Shown: one piece after another, positions 50,284 through 61,830 of the stretch
Layout: each line of letters starts with the position of its first letter
How positions within the stretch are numbered: position 1 is the first letter of the stretch
Source of the DNA: Corallochytrium limacisporum Hawaii
Taxonomy: Eukaryota; Protista; Pluriformea
DNA length: 64,000 nucleotides
Assembly: GCA_002811645.1 (NCBI GenBank)
Contig: PDIP01000032.1
Span: 1-64,000, forward strand
Direction: 5' to 3'
Notes under the pieces: generated by a model
What the model was told of the DNA's origin: nothing
Database searches by the model: none
The model's input: only the letters and a program-made list of their open reading frames with translations
Made by a program: the position numbers and the translations under genes

Positions 50284-53200
50284 TCAAGCACCCACCTTCT
50301 GTCGCTTCTGACCATTTCTGTTGTCAATTAGATGCTTCGCACGATGATCATGTGTCCACTTCGCTTCGGCACTTCCTTCCTCGAAGGCCACCGTCAGACG
50401 CTCTCTGGACGCCACGGTGTCTACGTCTGGGGTACCGAAACCACCACCGCCGGGCGTGAGAATAACGAACCGCTCACCAGGACTAAGCTGGATCGAATTC
50501 TTAGCGCCCAGGTTCACGACGCGACCATCGTTCTTAAGCACGATATTCCTTCCTCGGGCACCATCATGGCCCCCATCCAAACCGTAGGGCCTGAAAACGC
50601 GACGTTCACTGAGGATAGACACTGTCATAGGAGACAAGAACTCAAGCTCCCGCTCGACTCCGTCCCCACCGCAATGGGCACCCGCGCCACCGCTGCCCTT
50701 GCGCAGGCGGAAAGTCCGGAGAACGACAGGGTAACGCCGTTCGAGAATCTCTGGGTCAGTGATACGCGTATTTGTCATGTGCGTGTGCACTCCACTGCGT
50801 CCGGTCCAGTTAGGTCCGGCACCGGCACCGCCGGCGATAGTCTCGTAGTAACCCATGCGCTCGTTGCCAAAGGTCAAGTTGTTGCAGCATCCTTGACTGG
50901 CAGCACAGGTGCTGAAGGCGCGCAGCACGACGTCAGTGACGCGTTGGCTGGTCAGAACGTTGCCGGCGACCACGGCAGCTCCATCACTGGGGTAGAGAAG
51001 GCAACGTTCAGGGATATTGAATGTGATAGGCTTCAAGCAGCCCTGATTCAACGGAATGTCGTGCGTAATCATCGACCGCAGGGAGTAGATCACGGCAGAG
51101 TATGTTACAGCCCGGGGCGCATTGGTGTTTGCATATACTTCCTCCCCTGTGCCCGTGAAGTCAAAGTGTGCATCACCGGTCTTCGGATCGATAGTGACCT
51201 GTAGCTTAATCTGCGTGCCATCGTCCATGGAATCGACCGCATTGAGAACGCACTTGCCGGTGGTGGCGTCGTAGTGGTCCTCATGGCGACGACAAACCTC
51301 CCTCAGCATGTCACGCACAGCAAACTCGGCGTTATGTTGAATGTGCTTCATGTACGCCTGCACAACGCTTAGGCCGTACTCACGACTCAGTTCGTGGAGC
51401 AGAACAATGCCGCGCTGGTTGGCAGCAACCTGAGCGCGGAGATCGGCCATAACATCCTCCATATTCCTGCAGCCACTACTGCCTGGCACTTGTCCCGGCT
51501 TCATGAAGAGTTCGAGAACTCCGGCCTCGTCGAATTGGCCATCGCTAACAAGCTTGTGACTAATTATCGCAGCACCCTCTTGCACCAATTCAACAGAATT
51601 GGGAGGCATGGACCCTGGCGTAATGCCACCAATGTCCGCATGATGGCCACGGCAGGCGACAAAGAAGACCGGCTCATCGTGCTCTTCGTCGGCGTCAAAG
51701 ACTGGTGTGATAACGGTGATGTCCGGAAGATGGCTACCACCAGCGCTCGGGTGGTTGCTGACAAGAACATCACCCTTCTTGATCCCGCTCTTACCACGGA
51801 ACTCCTTCTGGAAACGCACAGCTTCCTGCATGGCCCCAAGATGGACAGGTATGTGAGGTGCATTAGCAACCAAACCACCATCTGGCGAAAAAAGCGCGCA
51901 TGAAAAGTCGAGGCGTTCTTTGATATTGGTGCTAATTGATGTACGCTGCAGAGCGCGGCCCATCTGCTCGGCGATGGACATGAAACGGTGGCCAAAAATT
52001 GACAACTGGATCGGATCCAGTTCTTCTGTAACTTGACGATTACCTAGCATATCACTGTCGCCTTCGTTGATATCGTAGCCGACGTGAATGATGACCGAAC
52101 GGTCCTTTGACATTTGCGCAGTGCAACGCGGCTCTACGACAATCGTTGCGTTCTTCTCCAGAATAATGGCGGGACCAGGAACCACATCCCCTTCCGAGAG
52201 CGAGTCAATGTTGACCAGACCCGTGTCCTCACGCCATCCTTCCTCAAAGTAAACGGATGTCTTTTCTACAGCAGGAACCACTCGGTCCTTCTTGGGCAGC
52301 AGCCATTCCGTAGGCGCATCACTCCAAGCACCTTCGGTGAGATTGAAAGGTGAGCTTCCTGTGACACGCACACGAATGTCATCAACAATGATGGCTCGGT
52401 CTGGGATAATGAAGCCAAATTCCTGCTTGTACCGTCTCTCGAAAGGCGTCAGGAAATCATTGCCGTTCTCGCCTTCGGGACTGATCATGATGGATGTGTT
52501 CGTGCGATCGTATCGCATGTGCAGGAAATACTTGGTGGCAATCATGTCAGAAGCGAATCCCTTGGCCAGCAACTTGTCAGTACCCTTCTGTGCAAGTTTG
52601 TCTAGTTGTTCATAGATCTCGGCCAGCTTGCTTTCGCTGTCTTGGTCAAACTCAATAGCAGTTGGTTCCTGTTCTTCGTACACAATGTCAGCCAGGGCCA
52701 TACCAAAAGCACTGAGGATGCCAGAATGGCGGTGGATAACGACCTGACGCATCCCCAGAGCAGCGGCAATACTGCAAGCATGTTGTGCACCAGCGCCACC
52801 AAAGCAGCTGAGTGTGTGCATGGAAATGTCAAGACCTTTGGACTGGGTAATGTTGCGGATCGGACGGCACATGGCCTCGTTGGCGACCTTCACGAAGCCA
52901 TATGCCACCTCCTCGACACTCATCGGGGTGTGCTCGGAATGGGTTTGCATGGCATTGAAATCGTTGACTTCCTTTAGCAACGCTTCAAACGCAGACCGGC
53001 TTCCTTCCACATCAAGCGGCTGGTCCTCGTTTGGACCAAAAATCTTTGGGAAATATTCTGGAATGATCCGACCTAGCATCAAGTTCGCATCAGTGACCGC
53101 CAAAAATCCGTTCTTACGGTAGCACACAGGTCCGGGGTGCGCGCCAGCACTCTCTGGGCCAACTGCGAGCTGGCCTGAGCGGAAAAACAGGCGACTGCCA

Positions 53201-54321
53201 CCGCCAGCAGCGACTGTAGCAATGTCAAGCTGCGGCGCTTGGATAGTGATGCCTGCGGTAGTGTTCTCGAAAGTATGCTCAAACGTGCCGCCATATCGAG
53301 AGACGTCAGTGGAGGTGCCGCCCATGTCAAAGCCAATAACGGCCTTCGGTTCCAAACCCTCGTCCTTACGCTTCTGCGTGAAGGCTCCGTAAGAGGTGCG
53401 GCTGTAGCCCACCACACCACCAGCCGGTCCAGATAGAATAGCCCTTGATCCCATGAAATCCTCAACTGGAGCCAAACCACCATCACTTTGCATGAACAGA
53501 ATTTCCACATTCTTCTCAAAGTCTGCATCAAAGCCGCTGCGGAAAGTCTGAATATAGCGTTGAATGCACGGCGTCAGGTATGCATCTGCTGTCGTCGTAT
53601 AGCCACGGGGTACAATTTTTACCATGCTCATCACCTCGTGGCTGAGACTGACGTTGATGAAGCCACCCATCTCCCGTGCAATCTCACCAATACGCTTCTC
53701 ATGAGCTGGAAAAGTGTAGGCATGCATGAGGCACACAGCCAGAGACTTGATACCACGATCTTTCACTTCCTGCAACTGTTCGCGTAGTCGGTCTTCATTC
53801 AGCTGTTCGGTGACAGCTACCTTTTCGCCTGTCACACCCACAATGACAAAATGCCTCTGCTGGTCGTGAATACCTTTCTTGAACAATTGCACGCGCTCAT
53901 CAACCTCCACCACAACGTCAGCCAGCTGTTCGGGGGTACGCACCGCTAGATCAAAAATGGCAGGGCGAGCCTGAGTACCAATGTGCAGCAGATCCGGCAA
54001 CCCTTTGGTGATTACTAGAGCGGTACGCTCGCCCTTGCGCTCCAGCAGTGCATTTGTGGCAACTGTAGTACCCATCCGGATGGACGCTAGCTGACTTGTG
54101 TCAAGTGGCTCGTTCCGTGGATGTTCCCTGCCGGTCACCTCCTGCAAGATGCGCCGAATGCCTTCTCTTGGTGCATCCGCATAATTCGACGGGTCCTCGC
54201 TCAGCAGTTTGAGTACTTTCTCACCACCACCGTACTGCTTGGGCAACAGGCAATGAACGTCGGTGAAAGTACCACCGCGATCAATCGCAAAGCGAAACTT
54301 TGTGTCCGCCGTAGTACCCAT
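50284..54321 (-). CDS. OPLAH: ATP-dependent 5-oxoprolinase
   Basis: '[11 protein letters not shown]', '[15 protein letters not shown]', '[10 protein letters not shown]', '[11 protein letters not shown]', '[13 protein letters not shown]'; first ATG at 54321. Confidence 0.97.
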   Translation of the reverse strand: MGTTADTKFRFAIDRGGTFTDVHCLLPKQYGGGEKVLKLLSEDPSNYADAPREGIRRILQEVTGREHPRNEPLDTSQLASIRMGTTVATNALLERKGERTALVITKGLPDLLHIGTQARPAIFDLAVRTPEQLADVVVEVDERVQLFKKGIHDQQRHFVIVGVTGEKVAVTEQLNEDRLREQLQEVKDRGIKSLAVCLMHAYTFPAHEKRIGEIAREMGGFINVSLSHEVMSMVKIVPRGYTTTADAYLTPCIQRYIQTFRSGFDADFEKNVEILFMQSDGGLAPVEDFMGSRAILSGPAGGVVGYSRTSYGAFTQKRKDEGLEPKAVIGFDMGGTSTDVSRYGGTFEHTFENTTAGITIQAPQLDIATVAAGGGSRLFFRSGQLAVGPESAGAHPGPVCYRKNGFLAVTDANLMLGRIIPEYFPKIFGPNEDQPLDVEGSRSAFEALLKEVNDFNAMQTHSEHTPMSVEEVAYGFVKVANEAMCRPIRNITQSKGLDISMHTLSCFGGAGAQHACSIAAALGMRQVVIHRHSGILSAFGMALADIVYEEQEPTAIEFDQDSESKLAEIYEQLDKLAQKGTDKLLAKGFASDMIATKYFLHMRYDRTNTSIMISPEGENGNDFLTPFERRYKQEFGFIIPDRAIIVDDIRVRVTGSSPFNLTEGAWSDAPTEWLLPKKDRVVPAVEKTSVYFEEGWREDTGLVNIDSLSEGDVVPGPAIILEKNATIVVEPRCTAQMSKDRSVIIHVGYDINEGDSDMLGNRQVTEELDPIQLSIFGHRFMSIAEQMGRALQRTSISTNIKERLDFSCALFSPDGGLVANAPHIPVHLGAMQEAVRFQKEFRGKSGIKKGDVLVSNHPSAGGSHLPDITVITPVFDADEEHDEPVFFVACRGHHADIGGITPGSMPPNSVELVQEGAAIISHKLVSDGQFDEAGVLELFMKPGQVPGSSGCRNMEDVMADLRAQVAANQRGIVLLHELSREYGLSVVQAYMKHIQHNAEFAVRDMLREVCRRHEDHYDATTGKCVLNAVDSMDDGTQIKLQVTIDPKTGDAHFDFTGTGEEVYANTNAPRAVTYSAVIYSLRSMITHDIPLNQGCLKPITFNIPERCLLYPSDGAAVVAGNVLTSQRVTDVVLRAFSTCAASQGCCNNLTFGNERMGYYETIAGGAGAGPNWTGRSGVHTHMTNTRITDPEILERRYPVVLRTFRLRKGSGGAGAHCGGDGVERELEFLSPMTVSILSERRVFRPYGLDGGHDGARGRNIVLKNDGRVVNLGAKNSIQLSPGERFVILTPGGGGFGTPDVDTVASRERLTVAFEEGSAEAKWTHDHRAKHLIDNRNGQKRQKVGA

Positions 54322-54985
54322 TGTTTTCACTTTTCCTTTTGGATATCTATCCCTGAGAAAGGGGAATACATTCTACAACTACATTCTATGATCTTTTTCG
54401 TCCAATTAGCTTATTGGACGAAAAAGTTTGTCCCTGTTTGATAGAAAGTGCCAAGGGTTGCCATTTATAACGAAAGCTTTGCCGCTAGAGCTCAATCACC
54501 TCAGGCAATGTGAAATGGTTGAGTGGCTCTCATATTGTGTGCAGACCCACCCGTCAGCACCACGAGACCTTGGAAGGGCGGTCCCTCTTTCTTGTCCATC
54601 TTTTTTGGCCTTCAGCAAAATGCACTGTTACGCATCGCCCATCGACGTCCGCTTGAAATGCCAGTACAGTACGGACGGGGAAGATAACGGGAGTCTATTT
54701 TTGTGGCGAGGGGATGGCACTCTTCTTTGCTCGAGCTTGTTCTGAGGCTCTCTTGTGGCAATGTCAATACCAGTAAAACTGGGTCACTGTATCATCAGAG
54801 TGCCTGCACAGTTGTACCAATGTCATCGAAAATTTGACTTCTGTATGATATACTATATATACTATATGGACCCAATGTGACTGGGCATTTGTGCAAAGTG
54901 CCACCATTGGAGGGATATGTGCCTTAGAGTTGTTCTCAAGGTCTCGGTTACAGATTCTGATAGTGATAATAGAAGACATTTTGTC

Positions 54986-54988
<3 letters not shown>

Positions 54989-55059
<71 letters not shown>
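54989..55059. repeat. (TG)~35 microsatellite
   Basis: Uninterrupted TG run. Confidence 0.97.
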
Positions 55060-55060
<1 letters not shown>

Positions 55061-55739
55061 TGTGTGGCTCCGGTCCGGCGGCCACAAATGACCCACCAAT
55101 CGCCCAGAAAAAGGCTCCGCACCAACGTGCACAGCGAGGGCCAATCCCCCCCCCCTCCCCCCACTCTCTCACCCTTCCCCCATCCCCTCCGGGGGCCCCA
55201 GGTCCCAATGCTTCCCGTTCGTCTCTGAACACAGGGTTTGAAGGGCGAGGGGGCCTCCTCCCAGGCCTTTACATGTCATCACTCTCACTTCCGCACATGT
55301 CTTCCACCTCACCAGCCCGATTTCTGTGAATATTCAGGCTGGACAAGAGGGAGTGTATTGCGACATGTTTCGCACCCCACGCACACCACCAGGCTTCTCC
55401 AGATTTAAACTAGAAATTGTCAATCGCACGGTCACTTGTTGTCCCACTTCGGTTTCCCAGTTTTCATACTGAGTCTACTGCCAAGATCACGGTCCGAGAC
55501 GGATGGGACGCAATTGGCAATGCGGTCAGGTGGGATGACTGTTGACAGAGGCAATTTCTTACAAGGGATGTCTCAGTGATACTGGCCTCAGTGTGGTTTT
55601 AAACGGGACCGGCCACCACTAACTGTTTGGCCTGGCCGACTCAGACCTCCAAGGGGTTAAAGCTAAACATAACACATAAGTTTGCTATTCTGGTCCTATG
55701 TTTCCAGCGGTTTGCATCGGCTACCGCTCTCGCTCTTAG

Positions 55740-57090
55740 CGTTTGCCTGCCGGGATACCCAGAGCTCCGTAGAATCAGAGACTGTTCAGGAACCAAACAT
55801 CCTCATTCCACCTTCCCCTAACGAATCATAAGCAATCAGCATCATACGACGATGCAAATGGGAGCCTCTGTTAGCATGTCCAGAGGGCCTGCCACATCCC
55901 ATCAACTTCCCCATAGAAATGGCTAAAGTCGTAAAGGAAACCGTTTCCTGCAGTGATTTGTCATGGGCCAAGCGAGTACGACGGAGATTGAGTGAGATCC
56001 GTGTTGAGACGGTACATTACTACTGGAGCAAATCCATCAAAATGTCTCTCTCCCCCCCCTCCTCAAATACAGGTCACTCTAAGGCTGTATGGTGCATCTT
56101 TCGGTTCCGAGGAATGGGAATTGAAGAAAAACTGATAGCATCAGAGCTGAATCGTGGTGGTTGTGAGACGATTGGTCACTATTTGTTTGGAGAATGCCGG
56201 TCTGCAATAGTAGGCAGAAGTCGAGTACGAGTATGGCTGTGCGCATTCAGCGCGTCGGAACGTACTAGCGGAGTTTGATGACGATCATCAAGCGTATAGA
56301 CATACCAGATTGACATCCAGCCAACCGCCATTACGCGGAAAGCGCAAGTCACCTACAAACAACAATGGTGTTGGTGATGAGGCAGGTCGATGCATGGGGA
56401 TCCATCGTGGGTTCGAATCACAATTGGCGTGTTACTGGCAATTCGCTGCTTCCAAATCTTTCCTTCCTTTCGGTCGCGCGATCCCCTCCTGCGCATTGTG
56501 AATGAACCAGGGGCTCATTCCGCTGCCTAGAGTATATACCCAGTCCTCGGCTACGACCTGCCGATCTTCTTTCTCCTTGTTGCTCCTTTCGCTCCCGCGA
56601 TGAGCCGTTTCCCTACTGAACATACCCAATCTTCCTGACACTTCCTTTCAATTTGCTGCCTTCCGAATCGCTACCACTGGGAGGACACGGAGAAGGACTC
56701 CTCGTCTGAACTTCGCAAAAATAGGCCCCAGAATGTCAATGTGATCAATAATTGCCACTGGTGGCGGGTTCGGGGGTGGCTTGTCCTCTTCCGGTCTGAC
56801 CATGACGTGGTCTTGTGATCCAAGCACGACGGACCATCCCCAACATGTGTTAGGGACTATCCCAGCTGGATAGTCTCTTTGGTGACCGTCTGTAGTAAGA
56901 ATGAGCAGTAGCAGATGCACCGACAGCGCCTTAGACCACAGCAATTCGCGATATAAAATGTTTGGGGTAAAGCAGGCAAGTCGAGGGAGCAGAGTTCCAC
57001 TCGAGGGAGCGGAAACCCTCCGACAGCCCGACAGGCCGCAGAGCCGAAGGCGCCGAGGAATGTCCAAACATAAGAAATGAGGACCAACTT
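55740..57090 (-). pseudogene. Decayed type II membrane glycosyltransferase-like gene
   Basis: Manual minus-strand translation gives protein-like blocks broken by stops and at least one frameshift: 'VLISYVWTFLGAFG', 'LLFVGDLRF', 'FLGTERC..RHFDGFAPVVMYRLNTDL', 'DFSHFYGEVDGMW', 'RWNEDVWFLNSL*FYG'. Boundaries approximate. Confidence 0.5.
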
Positions 57091-57877
57091 CTATCGAAAG
57101 TCTAAATCATCGCGTCAGTGCAATTCCAATCTTATGGTATCAGGATGTGCCCATCGTGGATACTCCGATTGTATGCAGACATGGGCGCAACACATAAAGG
57201 AAGTTAGGTACGAAATATATCAAATGATTAAAACTATATAGAACATTTACATTCTTACCTGTTCTCTAGATGATGCATGCATTTCATATGTACACTTGGA
57301 CAATACCCGGTGTTATTCAAACTAGAAAGGGGACAGAAGAGCAGCCAGAGTTGGCTTGGGCTCTCCAGTACGCATACCGAGATAGATCACAATAGGAATA
57401 AAAGTATAGTGGAAGATTGTTCGTCCCGTGTTTAAGGTAGCCCGCAGGCGTTCCTTGGTTTCAGGTGACAGTGCAACCATTGTGAGTTCCAAATATAAGA
57501 AATTCTGTCCACTTTATCATGAACTGGTTGGTTTTCGAGTACATGATAAAATACAACTTCTATAGCCATTATCTCCCAAATACCGTTAAGCACGTCCAAT
57601 GACTTGATAATAGTATCAATGACAACACATGTCCACGTCGCAAAAGGACCATTGATCACCACCAGACACCCACGGCCCACGGCCCACGGCGGCACCCCCA
57701 CTAACAAGAGGCTTGAGAGCCACTCTCCCACCCACTTCCGAAGCAAACCCCGCACGTGTACTCCCGTCGTTCTGCTCTCTAAAGCAGCACATTGAGTACT
57801 AAAGCAAGCGAAAATCAATAATATCGCACTCAACCACATATTTACATACTACAATCTATATTATTGATGAAGGTAAT

Positions 57878-59113
57878 TTAGACCTCCGCCCAGGAAAAAT
57901 CACGGTTGGGGAAGATAATGGGGGCGTACAAGGTCCAGAGATAGAGCAACATCGTGATCCAACTACTGGCAATCTTGACCCATACACCGGCCTTCGACTG
58001 ATCAAGCTCGAGACCAGTCGTTGTGTTGTTAGTGACCTTCTCCCAGTCACTCATAAGCAGAGCAACATAGCAGGCTGCCAAGACAAAGGCAAGGTGGAAC
58101 ACACTGTAGCTATACGTGACCTCAGCGAAGTCATCGTCATCGTCGCCCTTGTTCACTCCCACTACGTTCCGGCGACTGCCGGTAATATCGGAACCGCCAA
58201 GTCGAAACGCACCCCATACTACCGCAAGAATGGTAATTATGGCACCGATGATGACAGCGGTATCATCTGTACTGCCCTCTGATGCGAATTCATTACACTC
58301 CTGTCCATTCGGGTCAGAGGCCACTGCAGAGAAAACAAGGAAAGCAGTGTAGCCCCATGCGACACCCGCCTGCAGGATGCCACTGCTCGGGTTATGTTCC
58401 TGGACCTTTGGATGAACAGCTGAAATCAAAGCAATCAGACCCAGGATCAGATTAATGGTAATGAAGAAAATCTGGAGCGAGCAGCTCGCTGACGGTGCAA
58501 AGAAATAGTACATCAAAACGATGGCAACAAAGATGCAGGCAAACATTAGAGCAGCAAGACCGATCAAAATCGCCCTCCAGATGCAACCCCCGCTCTCTTC
58601 GTACTTGGCAATGAGACTCTCGGCGATGCTGTGGGCAAAGTCCACGAGGACCACTGCCTGCAGAATCAGGAAGAACAGAGCCAATATAATTGCTGGATAA
58701 TAGTAATTGATAATGGCGCTGACAGGGATGAAGAATGCTCCAGCGATGATACCCGCCAGTGCCAAGATTTTCAGCGGCCATAGACCATTTTGCACGACGG
58801 CTCGAGGATCTTGCGAGCTCTGGACACCGATGAGAGTCAGGCAGAGGACACTATGAAAGAGGGTGAAGCCCAGCATGATTCTGTACGTGACAATAAGGCC
58901 AGAGCAAGTTCCAGGCTCCAATGTCCCGCAAGCCTCCAGAACTGCGTCGTTGTCTGACATGGCATCTGCAAATGCTTCGCTTCTTGTCCCCCAGCATAAT
59001 GCAATACCAATCAAGAATAAGAAGGAATATATAAACCTAGTTCCTATGGATGATGACCCGCAGCAGGTAACCCCCGCACAGCAGCAGACTAGGCAGCAAC
59101 TGCCCAGACCCAT
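57878..59113 (-). CDS. Serinc/TMS1 (serine incorporator) membrane protein
   Basis: Cys-rich N-terminus, 'DPRAVVQNGLWPLK', 'LVDFAHS', 'SSGILQA', 'YSYSVFH', 'VWVKIASSW..LYLWTLYAP..FPNRDF'. Confidence 0.95.
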   Translation of the reverse strand: MGLGSCCLVCCCAGVTCCGSSSIGTRFIYSFLFLIGIALCWGTRSEAFADAMSDNDAVLEACGTLEPGTCSGLIVTYRIMLGFTLFHSVLCLTLIGVQSSQDPRAVVQNGLWPLKILALAGIIAGAFFIPVSAIINYYYPAIILALFFLILQAVVLVDFAHSIAESLIAKYEESGGCIWRAILIGLAALMFACIFVAIVLMYYFFAPSASCSLQIFFITINLILGLIALISAVHPKVQEHNPSSGILQAGVAWGYTAFLVFSAVASDPNGQECNEFASEGSTDDTAVIIGAIITILAVVWGAFRLGGSDITGSRRNVVGVNKGDDDDDFAEVTYSYSVFHLAFVLAACYVALLMSDWEKVTNNTTTGLELDQSKAGVWVKIASSWITMLLYLWTLYAPIIFPNRDFSWAEV

Positions 59114-60373
59114 GATTTAAGTATGTAGTGTTTCCAAAACAGTTTTCAACACCCAAACCCGCATTCTCAACCGCGGAGAACTCTTGAAATCCTCTTTCAT
59201 CGCTTGTTGCACTCGGTTTCCAAGGACCACAAGTACCTGCTTATAGTTCAGAGATTCCCTCAACCTCAATGACGAATTGCCCACATGCCCTTTCATATCA
59301 GCGTAGTTGACGCCATCATTGTGTTATTAACATCGCCGCATCTATATTGTGCCATAATGCAGTTGCACACAGCAATGACTGTGGTCGTCTGTCCCGTATC
59401 TGTCTGTGGAAGATGACGGGAGATTGAAAGCAGGTGATGGACACAATATGTGGCCAGAAAATTCTCCCCCTCTCTGAGGCCCCTCCTCCTCTGGCCCCTT
59501 TCCCGGCTCTTCGGGCCGGTTGGTACTCAGTCGCTACGGCCAACCGGGCCCCGAGCCTGCGAACCCGCCGCCCTACCCCCTCCGCCAGTCAACTTCCCCT
59601 CTTGCCCCCGGGGGGAACAGCAGCAGCTCTGGTCAGGGGGGGGTCCCCCTCCGCCACGCACCGGGCTCTACGACGTTGCCACCGCTGGTGAAAAATTGCC
59701 CTGCGAGAGAAGATCACAACTCGGAACATTCACTACCGAAAATCGAGAGATGGCTGAAATAATGAATTTTTTTTTCGTTTTTTGACTGCGATAGGGGCCC
59801 TGTTATCAGTCCCTCCTTCCCTCAGTGCTTGCAAAAAAAGCTTCGAACGTGGTAGTTTCAGTAGGGAAATTAATTGCGCACGATACGGAGTTGAAGGACA
59901 AGGCGAGGGAACCATTAGGGAGAGCCAGAGTGGAAGGGGCGTTGCGAAGTCAAGAGAAGTGAATGAGACCGAGAAATCGACCGGGGCCATTACCCGGCAG
60001 TTAACTCCTCCCTCTTTTGGCACATAAGGAGGGTTCGCCGGCTAGCTGCGGGGATGATATCAACCCGGCAGAGTGCGGTTCTGCACAGTGTACGGTTGGT
60101 CGCGTTTGCGGGTGAGTGATGGTGGTGGTGGGTTCAATCATACCGGCCCACAATGATGTGTTTTCTGCGGAGCATCGTGCGTGGGTTGGTGTTTTGGTTG
60201 CCATGCTTTTGCTGTGATACCCGTTTGGATGTTGTACACCGTCAACGATAATATTTTTCGGATTTGGAATCTAGTATGCCATGTTGTACTAAGTTGACTA
60301 ATGTGAGATTAGTTTGTAGATGATCACGGACTGTTGATGAAATGATGTTTGAATTTTATGGGGGTCCATCGGC

Positions 60374-61762
60374 TTAGTGAGTCTTGGCCTTGACTTCGCC
60401 ACGACCCATGCGCCACAGGAAGGTCACGGTAGACTTAAAGTTGTCCCAGATACTAGGGAAGTGGACATAGCGGACACCGTGCTTCTCGCAGGTTTCTCGG
60501 ACCACTGGGGCGATGTCCCAGTAGCGAGAGCTGGAAACTCGAGGGAACAGATGATGCTCAATTTGGTAGTTCAACCCACCGTTGAGAACCAGCAGGCCGA
60601 AGCCACCAACGTTCGAACTGGACTCGATTTGTGCTTTGCACCAATCACGCTTGCCGTTCTTGTCCTCCTTGCTGTCGACGCGAATAGCCTCGTCAAAGTT
60701 ATGGGAGAGGATGAAGAAGAATCCAAGGTAGCATCCCGCCACAGCGCTCATGCCCATGATGTAGTAGGCGGCAGTCAGGATGGAACCCGTCTGGTAGACT
60801 GCGACACCAAAGTACCGAAGGAAGTGGCCGATGCGGAATATGACACTGATCCATTTTTCAACGTACAGGGACCGGTTGACGTCGAGGACGCCACCAACCT
60901 TCATTGTCAAAATGTTACGGACATCCAGGATCAGCCAGCTGATACCTAAGAGGTTCAGGAGAAACCAGGTGTAAATATGCTGAAAAATTTGGTAGTACTT
61001 CCGATCGGATACGTAGTTCTCATGCAGAATCAGTAATCCTTTGCCCGTTAGGACATCAGGATCAAGCTCATCGTGACTAGTATGAACGTGATGACCGACT
61101 GTGTGCTGGCGTAGCCACAGCATTCTGCTCCCTCCGATATAGTCCTGAGTGTACCCAAGAGCAACATTGACCCAGCTCTTACGCGAGAAGGCACCGTGGT
61201 TTGCGTCGTGCTGGATGTTCAGGCCGATGAGGGCAAAGATCCATCCGATGGCCAGAGCCTTCCACATGGCTACGCCCTGGAAGATCCATGAGTAGTCCAA
61301 AAGGAGACAGACAGCCATGATGATACAGGCCCGGAAATAAACCCACGTAGGGGCGAACTGGGGGTCTTCGTCAGGCAAGGACTTCAGTTTTTTCATCACA
61401 TTTGCCCGGAGCTCTTTAGCGAAGGGGGTCCGCATCTCCCAGAGGTCAGTCTCCAAGGGTTTGGAAATAACACCGACTTTGTACTTTTCCAGTACAGGGG
61501 ATTTCTTTATGTGGCTGGCGTGGATGCTGTAGTAAGCGACAGTGATATCGTCCGCAGCAAACCAGCGAATGGTATCACCGCCCGGATGGTGTTGGTAAAA
61601 GTCTGTTAGGTCATACACGTTCCCGTCTAGAACATACAGATCTGTAGAGTCCTTGACCTCCTTCGGGGTGAACCGTTTGGCTTCCGTGGTACTAGGGGTT
61701 GTCAGAAAGCTCCCCGTGTCCATGGTGGACACGGGTTCATAAGGACGACCACCTTCAAACAT
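60374..61762 (-). CDS. Front-end (cytochrome b5-fused) fatty acid desaturase, delta-4/delta-5 type
   Basis: HPGG heme motif; His boxes HDANH, QHTVGHH, QIEHHLFP. Likely start ATG 61762, or 61835 via intron 61764-61830. Confidence 0.92.
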   Translation of the reverse strand: MFEGGRPYEPVSTMDTGSFLTTPSTTEAKRFTPKEVKDSTDLYVLDGNVYDLTDFYQHHPGGDTIRWFAADDITVAYYSIHASHIKKSPVLEKYKVGVISKPLETDLWEMRTPFAKELRANVMKKLKSLPDEDPQFAPTWVYFRACIIMAVCLLLDYSWIFQGVAMWKALAIGWIFALIGLNIQHDANHGAFSRKSWVNVALGYTQDYIGGSRMLWLRQHTVGHHVHTSHDELDPDVLTGKGLLILHENYVSDRKYYQIFQHIYTWFLLNLLGISWLILDVRNILTMKVGGVLDVNRSLYVEKWISVIFRIGHFLRYFGVAVYQTGSILTAAYYIMGMSAVAGCYLGFFFILSHNFDEAIRVDSKEDKNGKRDWCKAQIESSSNVGGFGLLVLNGGLNYQIEHHLFPRVSSSRYWDIAPVVRETCEKHGVRYVHFPSIWDNFKSTVTFLWRMGRGEVKAKTH

Positions 61763-61763
61763 A

Positions 61764-61830
61764 CTGAGAGCTTGCCGAGTAAGTCGAACAAACGGTATCT
61801 GCAAGCTATTGATCTTGACTTTGAACTTAC
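61764..61830 (-). other. Candidate 67-nt intron after a 5-nt coding first exon of the desaturase
   Basis: ATG GT|GTAAGT...CTCTCAG|T ATG TTT; spliced product M-V-M-F is in frame. Confidence 0.65.

Noticed and set aside
55740-56400. Stop-codon recoding to explain in-frame stops
   Set aside because: All three stop types and frameshifts occur, and neighbouring genes terminate with TAA, TAG and TGA normally; pseudogene is simpler.
56405-56425. GGTTCGAATC tRNA T-loop/B-box-like motif
   Set aside because: No complete T stem, acceptor stem or A box around it.
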